The notes under the pieces were generated by a model. That model made no database searches and was not told the origin of the DNA. It was given only the letters and a program-made list of their open reading frames with translations. A stretch of DNA of 64,000 bases, taken from the NCBI GenBank assembly GCA_951812955.1, contig OX638340.1, positions 416,001 through 480,000 on the forward strand. Reading direction: 5' to 3'. This document shows positions 1 through 9,922 of the stretch, piece after piece. The stretch comes from an uncultured Gemmatimonadota bacterium. GTDB taxonomy: Bacteria; JAAXHH01. The translations under genes were made by a program, and so were the position numbers. Position 1 is the stretch's first letter; each line of letters opens with the position of its first letter.

Positions 1-923
<923 letters not shown>

Positions 924-946
<23 letters not shown>

Positions 947-1484
947 TCTTGCGTTCCTTCTCCCAGACGGGAAGCGGGGCTTCCGGCGACGGGGTATCCT
1001 TGCTCTGGGATTCACGGGCGAGCGCCACCCGGCCGGTCCGGGCGATTTCCCGCACGCCGAAGGGCCGCACCATGTTGATGATGGCGTCGATCTTGTCCTC
1101 GTTGCCCGTAGCCTCCAGCATGATCGTCTTCTGGTTTATATCGACGATCTTCGCCTTGAAGATGTCAGCGATCTGAACGAGTTCCTGCCGCGTGGACTGA
1201 CTGGCGTTTACCTTGATCAGGGCGAGTTCCCTGTTGATGAAATTCTCGCCGGTCAGATCTACGACCCGGATCACGTCCACCAGCCGGTTCAACTGCTTGA
1301 TGATCTGTTCGATGATCGCCTCGTCACCCTGGGTGACGATGGTCATGCGGGCCGTGCCGGGTTCCGCCGCTTCGCCGACGGCAATGCTGTCGATGTTGAA
1401 ACCCCGTCCGCTGAACAGCCCGGAAATACGGGCGAGGACCCCAAAACGGTTCTCGACCACCATGGATATGGTATGGCGTGCCAT
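924..1484 (-). CDS. ilvN: Acetolactate synthase small (regulatory) subunit
   Basis: 186-aa ORF. The N-terminal ACT domain (ISMVVENRFGVLARISGLFSGRGFNIDSIAVG) and C-terminal ALS_ss_C-like region are typical of IlvH/IlvN. It lies immediately downstream of ilvB. Confidence 0.9.
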
Positions 1485-1560
1485 GGTACAGTAGACTCCC
1501 TGCCGGTATATCCTCCCGGCCTTTTACCGCCGGTAAATTCTCCCGGCCAGTTTTCCTCGC

Positions 1561-3300
1561 CTATTCCTCTATCATCTCGTGGGACGCCGCCCCCGCGGGG
1601 ATCATGGGATACACGTTGTCTTCTTCGGCGATCACCAGATCGAGCATCACGGGACGGTCCTTGACCTTGCTGGCCTCGAGCCAGGCGCCTTCAACGTCTT
1701 CATCCTTGAAGACCCGAATTCCCACGGCGCCGTAGGCCTCCGCCAGCTTCACGAAATCCGGGTTGGACTCGCGCAGGTCAACCTCCGAGTAGCGCCGCGC
1801 ATAGAACATGTCCTGCCACTGCCGCACCATGCCGAGAAATCCGTTGTTCAGCAGCACGATCTTGATCGGCAGCCTGCAGGCCACGGCCGTGGCCATTTCC
1901 TGGATATTCATCTGTATGCTGCCGTCGCCGGAAAACACGATGACCTCGCGATCCGGGAAAGCGAACTGGGCGCCGATCGCGGCGGGCAGTCCGAATCCCA
2001 TCGTACCGAGTCCGCCGGAGGTGACCATCGATCGGGGATTCGAGAAGCCGTACCACTGGGCCGCCCACATCTGGTGCTGGCCGACGTCGGTGACCACGAA
2101 GGCTTCGCCCTTCGTAAGCTGGCCGATCCGCTCGATGGCATACTGTGCACACAGCGGCAGATGGTCCGTGCCCTTCTCGACCGTCTCCCGGTCAACGCCC
2201 TCCAGGCCTTCCTCGTGTACACCGATCGTGTTCGCGTAGGTCAGCGGGTGGTCGCGTTTCCATTCGTCGATCAGCTGGAGCCACTCTTCCGTATCTGCAC
2301 GTTCAACCAGGGGAACCAACTGCTGCAGCACGTTCTTCACGTCGCCCACGATGGGCAGGTCCACCCGCACGTTCTTGTTGAGAGACGACGGGTCGATGTC
2401 GATGTGGATTTTCTTTGAATTGGGAGAAAATTCTTCCAGATTGCCGGTCACCCGGTCGTCGAAACGCGCGCCGATGCAGACCAGCAGGTCGCACATCATG
2501 ACGGCGGTGTTCGCGTACCACGTGCCGTGCATGCCGAGCATCTTCAGCGAAAGCGGATCGTTTTCGGGGAATGCGCCGAGTCCCATCAGCGTAGTCGTCA
2601 CCGGGGCGTTGAGCTTGCGGGCCAGCGCACGGACTTCCTCCGACGCCTCGGAGATGATCGCTCCACCGCCAACGTAGATCACCGGTCTGCTGGCCGAGGT
2701 GAGCATCTCCGCTGCCTTGCGGATCTGCCTCGGATGTCCCTCGGTGCGGGGCTTGTACCCGCGTATATCCGGTCTTTCGGGGTATGCGAACTCGGCGGTC
2801 CCGACTTGCACGTCCTTCGGTACGTCGATCAGGACGGGGCCGGGCCTTCCCGTGGTCGCGATATGAAATGCCTCGGCGAATACCTGCGCGATGTCTTCAG
2901 TTTCCTTGATGAGGAAGTTATGCTTCGTGATCGGCCGGGTGATGCCCACGGTGTCCGATTCCTGGAAGGCATCGTTTCCGATCAGGTGCACCGGTACCTG
3001 GCCCGTGATCACGATCATCGGGATCGAATCCATGTACGCGGTCGCGATGCCGGTTACCGTATTGGTGGCGCCCGGACCCGAAGAGACGAGCACCACGCCG
3101 GGTTTGCCGGTGGCCCGCGCATATCCGTCGGCCATATGGGTCGCGCCCTGCTCGTGCCGGACGAGGATATGCTTGAGCTCGGTGGTGCGCTGAATTACGT
3201 CATAGGTCGGGATCACAACGCCGCCGGGATAACCGAAAACGACATCGACGCCTTCCTGCTTCAGACACTCTATGACTATTTCCGCACCCGACAATTCCAT
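1561..3300 (-). CDS. ilvB: Acetolactate synthase large (catalytic) subunit, ThDP-dependent
   Basis: The ORF track gives 1561..3333. The likely start is the internal ATG at 3300 ([13 protein letters not shown]...) with a GGAGA RBS. It has the ThDP/FAD-binding ALS signature (GYPGG...GPGATN...GDGS motif). Confidence 0.9.
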   Translation of the reverse strand: MELSGAEIVIECLKQEGVDVVFGYPGGVVIPTYDVIQRTTELKHILVRHEQGATHMADGYARATGKPGVVLVSSGPGATNTVTGIATAYMDSIPMIVITGQVPVHLIGNDAFQESDTVGITRPITKHNFLIKETEDIAQVFAEAFHIATTGRPGPVLIDVPKDVQVGTAEFAYPERPDIRGYKPRTEGHPRQIRKAAEMLTSASRPVIYVGGGAIISEASEEVRALARKLNAPVTTTLMGLGAFPENDPLSLKMLGMHGTWYANTAVMMCDLLVCIGARFDDRVTGNLEEFSPNSKKIHIDIDPSSLNKNVRVDLPIVGDVKNVLQQLVPLVERADTEEWLQLIDEWKRDHPLTYANTIGVHEEGLEGVDRETVEKGTDHLPLCAQYAIERIGQLTKGEAFVVTDVGQHQMWAAQWYGFSNPRSMVTSGGLGTMGFGLPAAIGAQFAFPDREVIVFSGDGSIQMNIQEMATAVACRLPIKIVLLNNGFLGMVRQWQDMFYARRYSEVDLRESNPDFVKLAEAYGAVGIRVFKDEDVEGAWLEASKVKDRPVMLDLVIAEEDNVYPMIPAGAASHEMIEE

Positions 3301-3404
3301 CGAACGTCTCCTTGTAAAACAGGCGTATTCCACCCCGGACGTGATCTACCGTTCACGAAACCGGCTGTGATTTCGTCGTGTAGATAACCCAACTTGTGCT
3401 TCGT

Positions 3405-3432
3405 AAAATATGCCGAAGACGCCTGTTGTCAA
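3405..3432 (-). promoter_or_regulatory. Candidate sigma70-type promoter for the ilvBNC operon
   Basis: On the minus strand: TTGACA, a 16-nt spacer, then TATTTT, about 100 nt upstream of the ilvB start. No leader peptide is evident. Confidence 0.35.
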
Positions 3433-3454
3433 GTTAAAACTCCAGATAAACCCC

Positions 3455-3483
3455 TTGACGAAACGTACCGTTTCCGTTATATG
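3455..3483 (+). promoter_or_regulatory. Candidate sigma70-type promoter for the TPR-protein gene
   Basis: TTGACG, a 17-nt spacer, then TATATG, about 130 nt upstream of ATG 3611. It shares a divergent region with the ilvB promoter. Confidence 0.35.
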
Positions 3484-3610
3484 TTCTAGGCTTTGCGCCA
3501 GCGGTCGGATCCGCTGTCCGTTCGGCGTTTAGCCAGCACGATACACAGCGGTTTAAGGCGGTTTCTAACCGGCGAATTACTCGACGAAACTTCGCAGGAG
3601 GTCCGGGTCG

Positions 3611-4282
3611 ATGGCAAGAACGAGACGGCGCATCAGCCGTCGTGAAATGAAGGAAGACCGATTCATTCTCTGGCTGTACGAGTTGAGCAGCGAGATCGAC
3701 AAGCACTGGAAAACGCTCACGGCGGCTGCCGTCGCTGTGGTCGTCTGCGTGGCCGGCTGGTATTACTGGACAAACAAGCAGACCGATGACATAGTCGAGG
3801 CGGGACGGATACTCGCGCCGGGGCAGACGGCGATGCAGAATAATCGCTATGAAGACGCCATTCCCATGTTCGAGCGGGTCGTGAACGAATTCGGCGGGAC
3901 CGCTCTTGCCCTCGAGGCCACGATCGAACTGGCCAACGCTTGTTTCCAAGCCGGCGACGTTGAGAAGGCACGCACCTACTATCAAAAATACCTCGACGAA
4001 TACGGCAGTCAGAACGCGTATTTCTGGATGGCCGCACGCTCCGGCCTGGCCGCCTGTGACGAAGAGGAAGAGAAGTACGAGGAAGCGGCCAACCAGTATC
4101 TCGCCCTGGTGGACGAAGATCCGGACAGCTATCTCGCCCCCGGTTTTCTCCTGGATGCCGCTCGATGTTTCAGCGCCGCTGAACAGAAGGACCAGGCAAG
4201 GGCCCTGTACGACCGTGTGGTTGATACCTACGAATCCACGCCTTACGCCCGGGAAGCCCGGATCGCGTTGACCGCGCTCTAA
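3611..4282 (+). CDS. Membrane-anchored tetratricopeptide-repeat protein (YfgM-like, uncharacterised)
   Basis: 223 aa. There is one N-terminal TM helix (TLTAAAVAVVVCVAGWYYW) followed by TPR-like helical repeats. A CAGGAGG RBS lies 8 nt upstream. Confidence 0.55.
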   Translation: MARTRRRISRREMKEDRFILWLYELSSEIDKHWKTLTAAAVAVVVCVAGWYYWTNKQTDDIVEAGRILAPGQTAMQNNRYEDAIPMFERVVNEFGGTALALEATIELANACFQAGDVEKARTYYQKYLDEYGSQNAYFWMAARSGLAACDEEEEKYEEAANQYLALVDEDPDSYLAPGFLLDAARCFSAAEQKDQARALYDRVVDTYESTPYAREARIALTAL

Positions 4283-4390
4283 TCGACCGCATTCCAGTTG
4301 ACTGCGTCCTAGTTGCCCGCGTTCCAGCGGAGATCGCGTGGTCCGAACGCACCCCTCGCGTTGACTGCGCGCTAACGGAGATCGCGTGAA
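4255..4390. repeat. Mosaic of short direct repeats copying the 3' end of the TPR gene. It extends into the RBS and GTG start of the next gene.
   Basis: Block cgcgttgacYgcgcKctaa occurs at 4264-4282 (the TPR gene stop) and at 4358-4376. Block cggagatcgcgtg occurs at 4328-4340 and at 4376-4388; the second copy provides the GGAG RBS and GTG start of the downstream aminotransferase. Block gcRttccag occurs twice. Confidence 0.45.
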
Positions 4391-5525
4391 GGTTACCAAC
4401 TTCGCCCCCGGCCCCACACCGGTTCCGGATCGAGTCGTCCGAAAGATGTCGGAACCGGTCCTCACCCACCGATCCAGTGAATTCAGCGGCCTGCTGAGAC
4501 AAGTCACGTCGGGACTGCAGCACGTTTTCCAGACAGAGAACGATGTGCTCGTACTTACGGCCTCCGGCAGCGGCGCCATGGAAGCCGCCGTCGTCAACCT
4601 GCTGTCGCCGGGAGACCGCGTACTGGCGATCAGCGGAGGCAAATTCGGTAGTAGATGGGTCGAACTGTGCGAGACCTTCGGCCTGGACGCCCTGACCTTA
4701 GACGTGGCGTGGGGAAAGGCCGCCGATCCGGATGAAATCGACCGGATCCTGGCTGAGCGGGGACCCTTCGAGGCCGTGCTGGCCACCCATAGCGAAACAT
4801 CGACCGGCGTGCTGCACGACATCGAGGCCCTGGGGAATGTCGTTCGCGGTCACGGCTGCTATTTTGTCGTGGACGCAATCAGTGGACTCGGGGCCAACGA
4901 GCTGAAGACGGACGAATGGCACGTCGACGTGGCCCTGACGGGATCGCAGAAAGCGCTCATGGTCCCGCCCGGCCTCGCCTTTATCAGCGTCAGCGAACGG
5001 GCATGGAAGGGTATAGAGAGAAACACTCTCCCGTCCTATTATCTCAATCTGAAACGGGCCAGAGATTCCTTCTCTAAGGGGCTCACGCCCTATACGCCCG
5101 CCGTTTCGCTGCTCATGGGACTGGCCGAGTCACTGAGGATGATGAAGGAACTCGGACTGGAAGATATCTACCGGATTCACGAAAGAAACGCCCTGGTGAC
5201 CCGTGCGGGCGTCGCTGCGCTCGGGCTGAGGGTTTTCGCCCAGCGCCCTTCCAACGTACTGACTTCCGTATCCATGCCGCCCGGCATCGACGGCTCCGAG
5301 CTGCTGAAGACGATCAAACAGGATTGCGGCGTGACTATCGCCAACGGAATGGAGCACTTCAGGGGCAAATACATCCGCATCGCCCACCTGGGCTACGACA
5401 TCGCCCCTTCGGACATGCTGGTTGCGCTATCGGCACTCGAGCACGGCCTGAGCCGCCACGGGTACGCGTTCGAATCCGGCGCGGGTATCGCCGCGGCACA
5501 GCGGGTGATCCTCGAGACGGGGTAA
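4386..5525 (+). CDS. Class V pyridoxal-phosphate aminotransferase (serine-pyruvate / alanine-glyoxylate aminotransferase family)
   Basis: 379 aa with a GTG start. The fold-type I AGT-like pattern (TGSQKALMVPPGLAF) has a Lys in the SQK motif. The length matches AGXT/SgaA proteins. Confidence 0.8.
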   Translation: MKVTNFAPGPTPVPDRVVRKMSEPVLTHRSSEFSGLLRQVTSGLQHVFQTENDVLVLTASGSGAMEAAVVNLLSPGDRVLAISGGKFGSRWVELCETFGLDALTLDVAWGKAADPDEIDRILAERGPFEAVLATHSETSTGVLHDIEALGNVVRGHGCYFVVDAISGLGANELKTDEWHVDVALTGSQKALMVPPGLAFISVSERAWKGIERNTLPSYYLNLKRARDSFSKGLTPYTPAVSLLMGLAESLRMMKELGLEDIYRIHERNALVTRAGVAALGLRVFAQRPSNVLTSVSMPPGIDGSELLKTIKQDCGVTIANGMEHFRGKYIRIAHLGYDIAPSDMLVALSALEHGLSRHGYAFESGAGIAAAQRVILETG

Positions 5526-5582
5526 GGGTCGGTCGGCCCACGGGCATCTCGGCCGCGCAGCGGGCAGCGGGTGATCCTCGAG
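5490..5582. repeat. Direct repeat duplicating the 3' end of the aminotransferase gene (about 27 bp, two copies 62 bp apart)
   Basis: gccgcggcacagcgggtgatcctcgag (5490-5516, coding) is repeated as gccgcgcagcgggcagcgggtgatcctcgag (5552-5582) after the stop. Confidence 0.5.
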
Positions 5583-5628
5583 CAGGCCGCATCGTAGGAA
5601 GCCAAGTTTCGCAATACCGCAATACCTT

Positions 5629-7155
5629 TTACTTTTTCAGTTCGCGGATCTCGATATTGCCGTCGCTCGTCTCCAGCCAGATCCGGGTGCCGCCGCCGTT
5701 AAGCGCATACGTAGCGCTGATCTCTCCTTCTTCCGCGTCTTCCTCGTAGCGCTCCGCTTCCAGATCGGATCGGATCTTGTATCGCAGTGAATTTCTGACG
5801 TTACTCCGGTTGGAATGGATCACCTTCTTCTTCACTTCGACAGATTTCCTCTGTTTACTTGATAACTCCTGCCGGGCTTCCTGTAATACCTGCTGGGCTT
5901 CCTGCAATTCCCGTTGCATCTCTCGCAGGAACCGTTGCGCCTCTTCGGCTGACATCTGTAACGCCTGGTTCGCGCTCTGCGTCAGCTTTTCAATGATCTC
6001 GTTCAACTTCTCCTCGTCGATCTCCGTATCCGACAGATCGAGGTCGATCGTTGGAATCTCGGGTAATTCGGGCAGGTCGGCAGTTGTGACTACACGTGCG
6101 CGAACGGTTTTGCCGGAGGGATCAACAAACACCCCGAATCCCTCGTCCACGTGGATCCGCGCTTCGATGGTCGCCTTCGCTCCCGGATCCACGTAGAGTA
6201 CAATGTCGCCGCCGGCCGAAATAAGCGAACTGCCCTCTGAACCCTCCGGCGTGATTTCGGCCAGGACGTCGCCGCCTGCGGTCCTCGCGTCGATCGTCCC
6301 CGTTACGTTCAACAGCTCCAATTCGCCACCGGCGGTTTTCGCCTGGACGGCACCCTTCGCGTTTTGCAATTCGATATCTCCGCCGGCTGTCGTGATACGG
6401 GCGTTCGCCGAAAGCTCGTCGATCTCTATATCGCCTCCGGACGTCCTGATACGGGCCTCGCCACCTACAAACTCAATGGTGATGTCTCCGCCGGAAGTCT
6501 GGGCTTCCAGCGAATTGCCGACGCGGCCGATCCGGATATCTCCGCCGGAAGTCTGGACATCCAGGTCGGACGATGCCTCTTCGACCCGGATATCACCCCC
6601 GGACGTCTGCAGATGAACGTCGCCACCAATAGTGCCAACGTGGATGTCGCCTCCCGATGTGGTCAACTCCACTTCACCGCCGATATCCCGAAGCGTTACG
6701 TCGCCGCCCGACGTATGACTCTTCACGTCGCCCTTCAGATCGCCGACGACCTCGATATCGCCACCACCGGTGCGCAGGTCCAGGTCGAACTCCTCGGGCA
6801 GATCGATCTTGAAACGCAGCCCCTGTCTTCTGTTGAATGACCGTCTGGGAAAACGCGGGTCGTAATCGACACGCAGTATGCCCCCGTCGTAGCGTATTCT
6901 GAGGTCACTTTCTATGTTTGGCGGGATGCCCTGGACGGTCACGACCGCTTCATCCTTCCTCCACGTGGAGATGGTGATGTCGCCCGCCCGGGTGTTCAGA
7001 TCGAGCCGCTCGCCCCTTTCCACCTGGAAGGTCTCAGACCGGCTGCTGCCGGCGGCCCTGTTCTGATCCTCCGTGAGTGCCAGGGCTTGTTGCGCCAGGG
7101 CTTGCTGCGAAAAAATCAAAATGCCGAATGTGCAGACCAGAAACCTCATAATCAC
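5629..7155 (-). CDS. Secreted DUF4097-family repeat protein (putative adhesin / beta-helix) with a C-terminal coiled-coil region
   Basis: 508 aa. It has a signal peptide, more than 12 reiterated TSGGDI(x) repeat units, then a charged helical tail. It is the third gene of the sigma/anti-sigma operon. Confidence 0.75.
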   Translation of the reverse strand: MIMRFLVCTFGILIFSQQALAQQALALTEDQNRAAGSSRSETFQVERGERLDLNTRAGDITISTWRKDEAVVTVQGIPPNIESDLRIRYDGGILRVDYDPRFPRRSFNRRQGLRFKIDLPEEFDLDLRTGGGDIEVVGDLKGDVKSHTSGGDVTLRDIGGEVELTTSGGDIHVGTIGGDVHLQTSGGDIRVEEASSDLDVQTSGGDIRIGRVGNSLEAQTSGGDITIEFVGGEARIRTSGGDIEIDELSANARITTAGGDIELQNAKGAVQAKTAGGELELLNVTGTIDARTAGGDVLAEITPEGSEGSSLISAGGDIVLYVDPGAKATIEARIHVDEGFGVFVDPSGKTVRARVVTTADLPELPEIPTIDLDLSDTEIDEEKLNEIIEKLTQSANQALQMSAEEAQRFLREMQRELQEAQQVLQEARQELSSKQRKSVEVKKKVIHSNRSNVRNSLRYKIRSDLEAERYEEDAEEGEISATYALNGGGTRIWLETSDGNIEIRELKK

Positions 7156-7179
7156 TACTCCTTTGTCGGCCGCGTTCCG

Positions 7180-8175
7180 TTAAGGTGCGGGCAGGTTGCT
7201 AAGCACGGTCCTCGCCCTGGTGCGGATATAGGCGTTTTCGTCGGAAACCATCCGGGCCCTTAGTACCCTTTCCAGGTCTTCGTCGATCGAGGTCGGCACC
7301 TGCTCCTGCAGCCGGTTGATCGCGTTGATTCTGAGGGCCGGATTCTCGTCGAAGACCAGTGTGTGGATCATGGCGTCTCTGATCCCCTCGTCAAAAGGAT
7401 ACCGGGAGAGGGCGTTGAACGCCTCGCCCCTGACCCCGGCATTCGAGTCCGTTTTCAAGGCGGTGACGAGGGCATCCTTGATCTCATGCTCCGAATGCAG
7501 GATTTCGGAATCGCTCACGGCGTTCACCGCCCGCAGCCGGACGCCGGGATTCTGTTCATTAAGTACGGCAAAGGTGAGTACACGTTGTATGCCGGGATCG
7601 TCGAGCGTTCCTCTGATCTGCACGGGCCGGACGGCTTCGAACTGGAATTCCAACATGCCATCGGGGGCGCCGGAATCCACGAACCGAACGTTTGAAATGG
7701 CCACGTCGTCATTGGTCAACAGGTCCGTCTGATCCATGCCCGGCGTCGCGAATCCAATGGAACGGTCTCCCTGGAAGGCCAGGTAGTAACCGGCAACCAG
7801 GCCGATGAACAACAGCAGTGCTCCCCCGAGGACGGAGCGGTAGGAAGGAAAGGTGTTTATCGTAACCCTTTGCAAGCCGTCTACTATGCGACCTGCCCAC
7901 CCGCTTGGGATGTGGAGACCCGGGCGGCCGAGTGTCACGTTGGACCAAAATCGGTTTCGAGCTTCATTCAGGTCTGCCGCACCAGGCCTGGCAGGGGCGG
8001 CTTCCCCCATGACCAGTCTGAATTCATCCAGACGGGCGCGGTACGCCCGGCATTGATCACATGATTCGAGATGGACGTCCAACCGCCGCTGATCTGCATC
8101 GGACAATTCACCGTATTGGGAGAGTTCCAGCCATTCTTCCCATTTCGTGTGAGACCGGCTCCTGTCTTCTTTCAT
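7180..8175 (-). CDS. Anti-sigma factor with an N-terminal zinc-finger (HxxxCxxC-type) and a C-terminal HEAT-repeat domain
   Basis: The ORF track gives 7180..8253. The likely start is ATG 8175 (MKEDRS...), overlapping the sigma stop as ATGA. Residues HLESCDQC resemble the zf-HC2 anti-sigma motif. There is a central TM segment (LLLFIGLVAGYYLAF) and HEAT-like repeats (ALRINAINRL, VRLRAVNAV). Confidence 0.65.
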   Translation of the reverse strand: MKEDRSRSHTKWEEWLELSQYGELSDADQRRLDVHLESCDQCRAYRARLDEFRLVMGEAAPARPGAADLNEARNRFWSNVTLGRPGLHIPSGWAGRIVDGLQRVTINTFPSYRSVLGGALLLFIGLVAGYYLAFQGDRSIGFATPGMDQTDLLTNDDVAISNVRFVDSGAPDGMLEFQFEAVRPVQIRGTLDDPGIQRVLTFAVLNEQNPGVRLRAVNAVSDSEILHSEHEIKDALVTALKTDSNAGVRGEAFNALSRYPFDEGIRDAMIHTLVFDENPALRINAINRLQEQVPTSIDEDLERVLRARMVSDENAYIRTRARTVLSNLPAP

Positions 8176-8831
8176 TTTCGTATGTCCTCGAGTTGACTGC
8201 GCAGTCTTCGGGTGGCATCGAAAAGGTATTTCTTTACCGTGCCTTCGGCACATTCCATGATTCCCGCTATCTCCCTCAGTTTGAATCCTTCGTGGTGGCG
8301 CAACACAAACACCGTTCGCAGACGGGGAGAAAGTGTACCGACGGCGGACCGGATCCGCGAAGCGATTTCGCTGTTGATGACTGCCGCGTCCGGCCGTTCG
8401 GGGGTAACGGGCGTAACACCGTAAGTGACCGTAGCCTGGTTTTCGTCGAACTTGTCTTCGATAGGGATGAACCGCCTGGTCCGGTTCCGCGACCGATGCG
8501 TGAGGCAGACATTGGTGACGATCCGGTACAGGTAGGTGGAAAACCGGCTGCGGAATTCGAAATCGGGCAGTGCCTTGAATACACGCATGAAGACTTCCTG
8601 GTATACATCCTTTGCGTCGTCCAGGTCGCCCACGAAGGACACGGCCATGGACAGCACTTTCTCGTCGTATCTGTATACGAGTTCTTCCAGGGCCCGCATG
8701 TCGCCTCCCCGGGCCTTGAGAATCAGCCTGCGCTCCTCCAGGTCCGTGCGATTTCCTGCCGAATCGTTATCCATGTGCTCTTCCCGATCATCCGGTGCGA
8801 TTCGGCCGTCGAGTTTACGGGCAGTTTCCAC
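8172..8831 (-). CDS. ECF-family RNA polymerase sigma-70 factor (sigma-24 type)
   Basis: The sigma-70 region 2 pattern (LEELVYRYDEKVLSMAVSFVGDLDDAKDVYQEVFMRVFKAL) and region 4 HTH (LSPRLRTVFVLRHHEGFKLREIAGIMECAEGTVKKYL) are present. The start may be GTG 8831 or ATG 8775. Confidence 0.85.
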   Translation of the reverse strand: METARKLDGRIAPDDREEHMDNDSAGNRTDLEERRLILKARGGDMRALEELVYRYDEKVLSMAVSFVGDLDDAKDVYQEVFMRVFKALPDFEFRSRFSTYLYRIVTNVCLTHRSRNRTRRFIPIEDKFDENQATVTYGVTPVTPERPDAAVINSEIASRIRSAVGTLSPRLRTVFVLRHHEGFKLREIAGIMECAEGTVKKYLFDATRRLRSQLEDIRK

Positions 8832-9508
8832 GTGGTTACCTGGTCACGTCGTGGTGCATGTGCGTGTAACTAAACTTCGAGAAACTTGCTGTCTCCGATC
8901 GGGCGCTTGGTGACCATGTGCGGGCACCTGATGATGACCTTTCTCGAGCCCTTGTGACTTTACGCTGGCGCGTGGCGCCTGGAATCCATATGCGGGATGC
9001 GGGCGCTTTATGTTCATGAGACCGTGTCTACATCGAATTGGTTGTGGACTAACGCGTTTTTTTAAAAGGAGACCGCGGGAGTATGCGGCGTATACACGAT
9101 CAACACGGTGCGCAATGCAGTCTTTAGGTGATTCAACGCACGGGAACGAGGAAAGTCGAGGGAATTACGGTTGAGGCATGTGGCGATGTGACGATACTGG
9201 CGTGTGGCGAGGTCTGTCCGGCGGACCGGATTCGAGTTCATGATCGTCAGTAAAGGCAGGAATGAGCTGGAAGGTGTTTGAAGGAGCGGGAAGGAGCTGG
9301 ACGAGCATATAACCAAAGGAATCAAAGACTTACGAATCCCAAGAAGGCAGGACGCCAGCGGCAGAGCAAGGATCTGCCGACTGGTCGGAATCGATCGACA
9401 TGATCGGAATCCGTTGTGTCAATAGCCGGAGGGTGGCCATTCAATCCGGTCGGTGGAACCGCACGAATTTTACGCAACCGGAAACAGGCCGCTCGATACG
9501 ACAGGCGT

Positions 9509-9703
9509 TCAGCCGTCCTTCGAGGTAGACGAACCTGACGTATTCTGATTCTCTTCGGCGGGCTCTTTCTTCTGTGCTTTCTTGAATTCGGTGATCCCCT
9601 GGCCCAATCCCTTGGCCAGTTCAGGGAGCTTCTTCGCGCCAAATAGGACCATGACGATTACAAGAATAATAATCAGTTCGGTCGTGCCGAAACTACCGAG
9701 CAT
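9509..9703 (-). CDS. tatA: Twin-arginine translocase subunit TatA/E
   Basis: 64 aa. An N-terminal TM helix followed by an amphipathic helix ([30 protein letters not shown]) is the TatA hallmark. A perfect GAGGAGG RBS is present. Confidence 0.85.
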   Translation of the reverse strand: MLGSFGTTELIIILVIVMVLFGAKKLPELAKGLGQGITEFKKAQKKEPAEENQNTSGSSTSKDG

Positions 9704-9922
9704 TTAAATCACCTCCTCAGAACGCAGGATACCTTTATTGCCCTGGTTTGTCAAGCGGCAATAAAAGGACTTCCATTCTGCCGCTTAGCTGCCAACGACC
9801 CGGCGCAGTCGCATGGGCATGCCGTTTAGAATACTTGCATAGAAGCAATTTGCGTGTTTACTTATTCCCTGACCACAAATTTTGAAGTCGCTGCCGGTTG
9901 ATTTTATACGTTCAAGGAGGAC

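Noticed and set aside
9140-9170. gaggaaagtcgaggg resembling the RNase P RNA P4 5' strand (AGGAAAGUCCGGGC)
   Set aside because: No matching P4 3' strand (ACAGAACCCGGCUUA) or other universally conserved RNase P elements were found in the surrounding 400 nt. This is probably a chance similarity.
9062-9642. Two minus-strand ORFs (87 aa and 106 aa) in the 677-bp gap upstream of tatA
   Set aside because: Both have low-complexity Ser/Leu/Arg-rich composition with no RBS, and their frames overlap awkwardly. They are more likely non-coding. The gap is reported as a finding instead.
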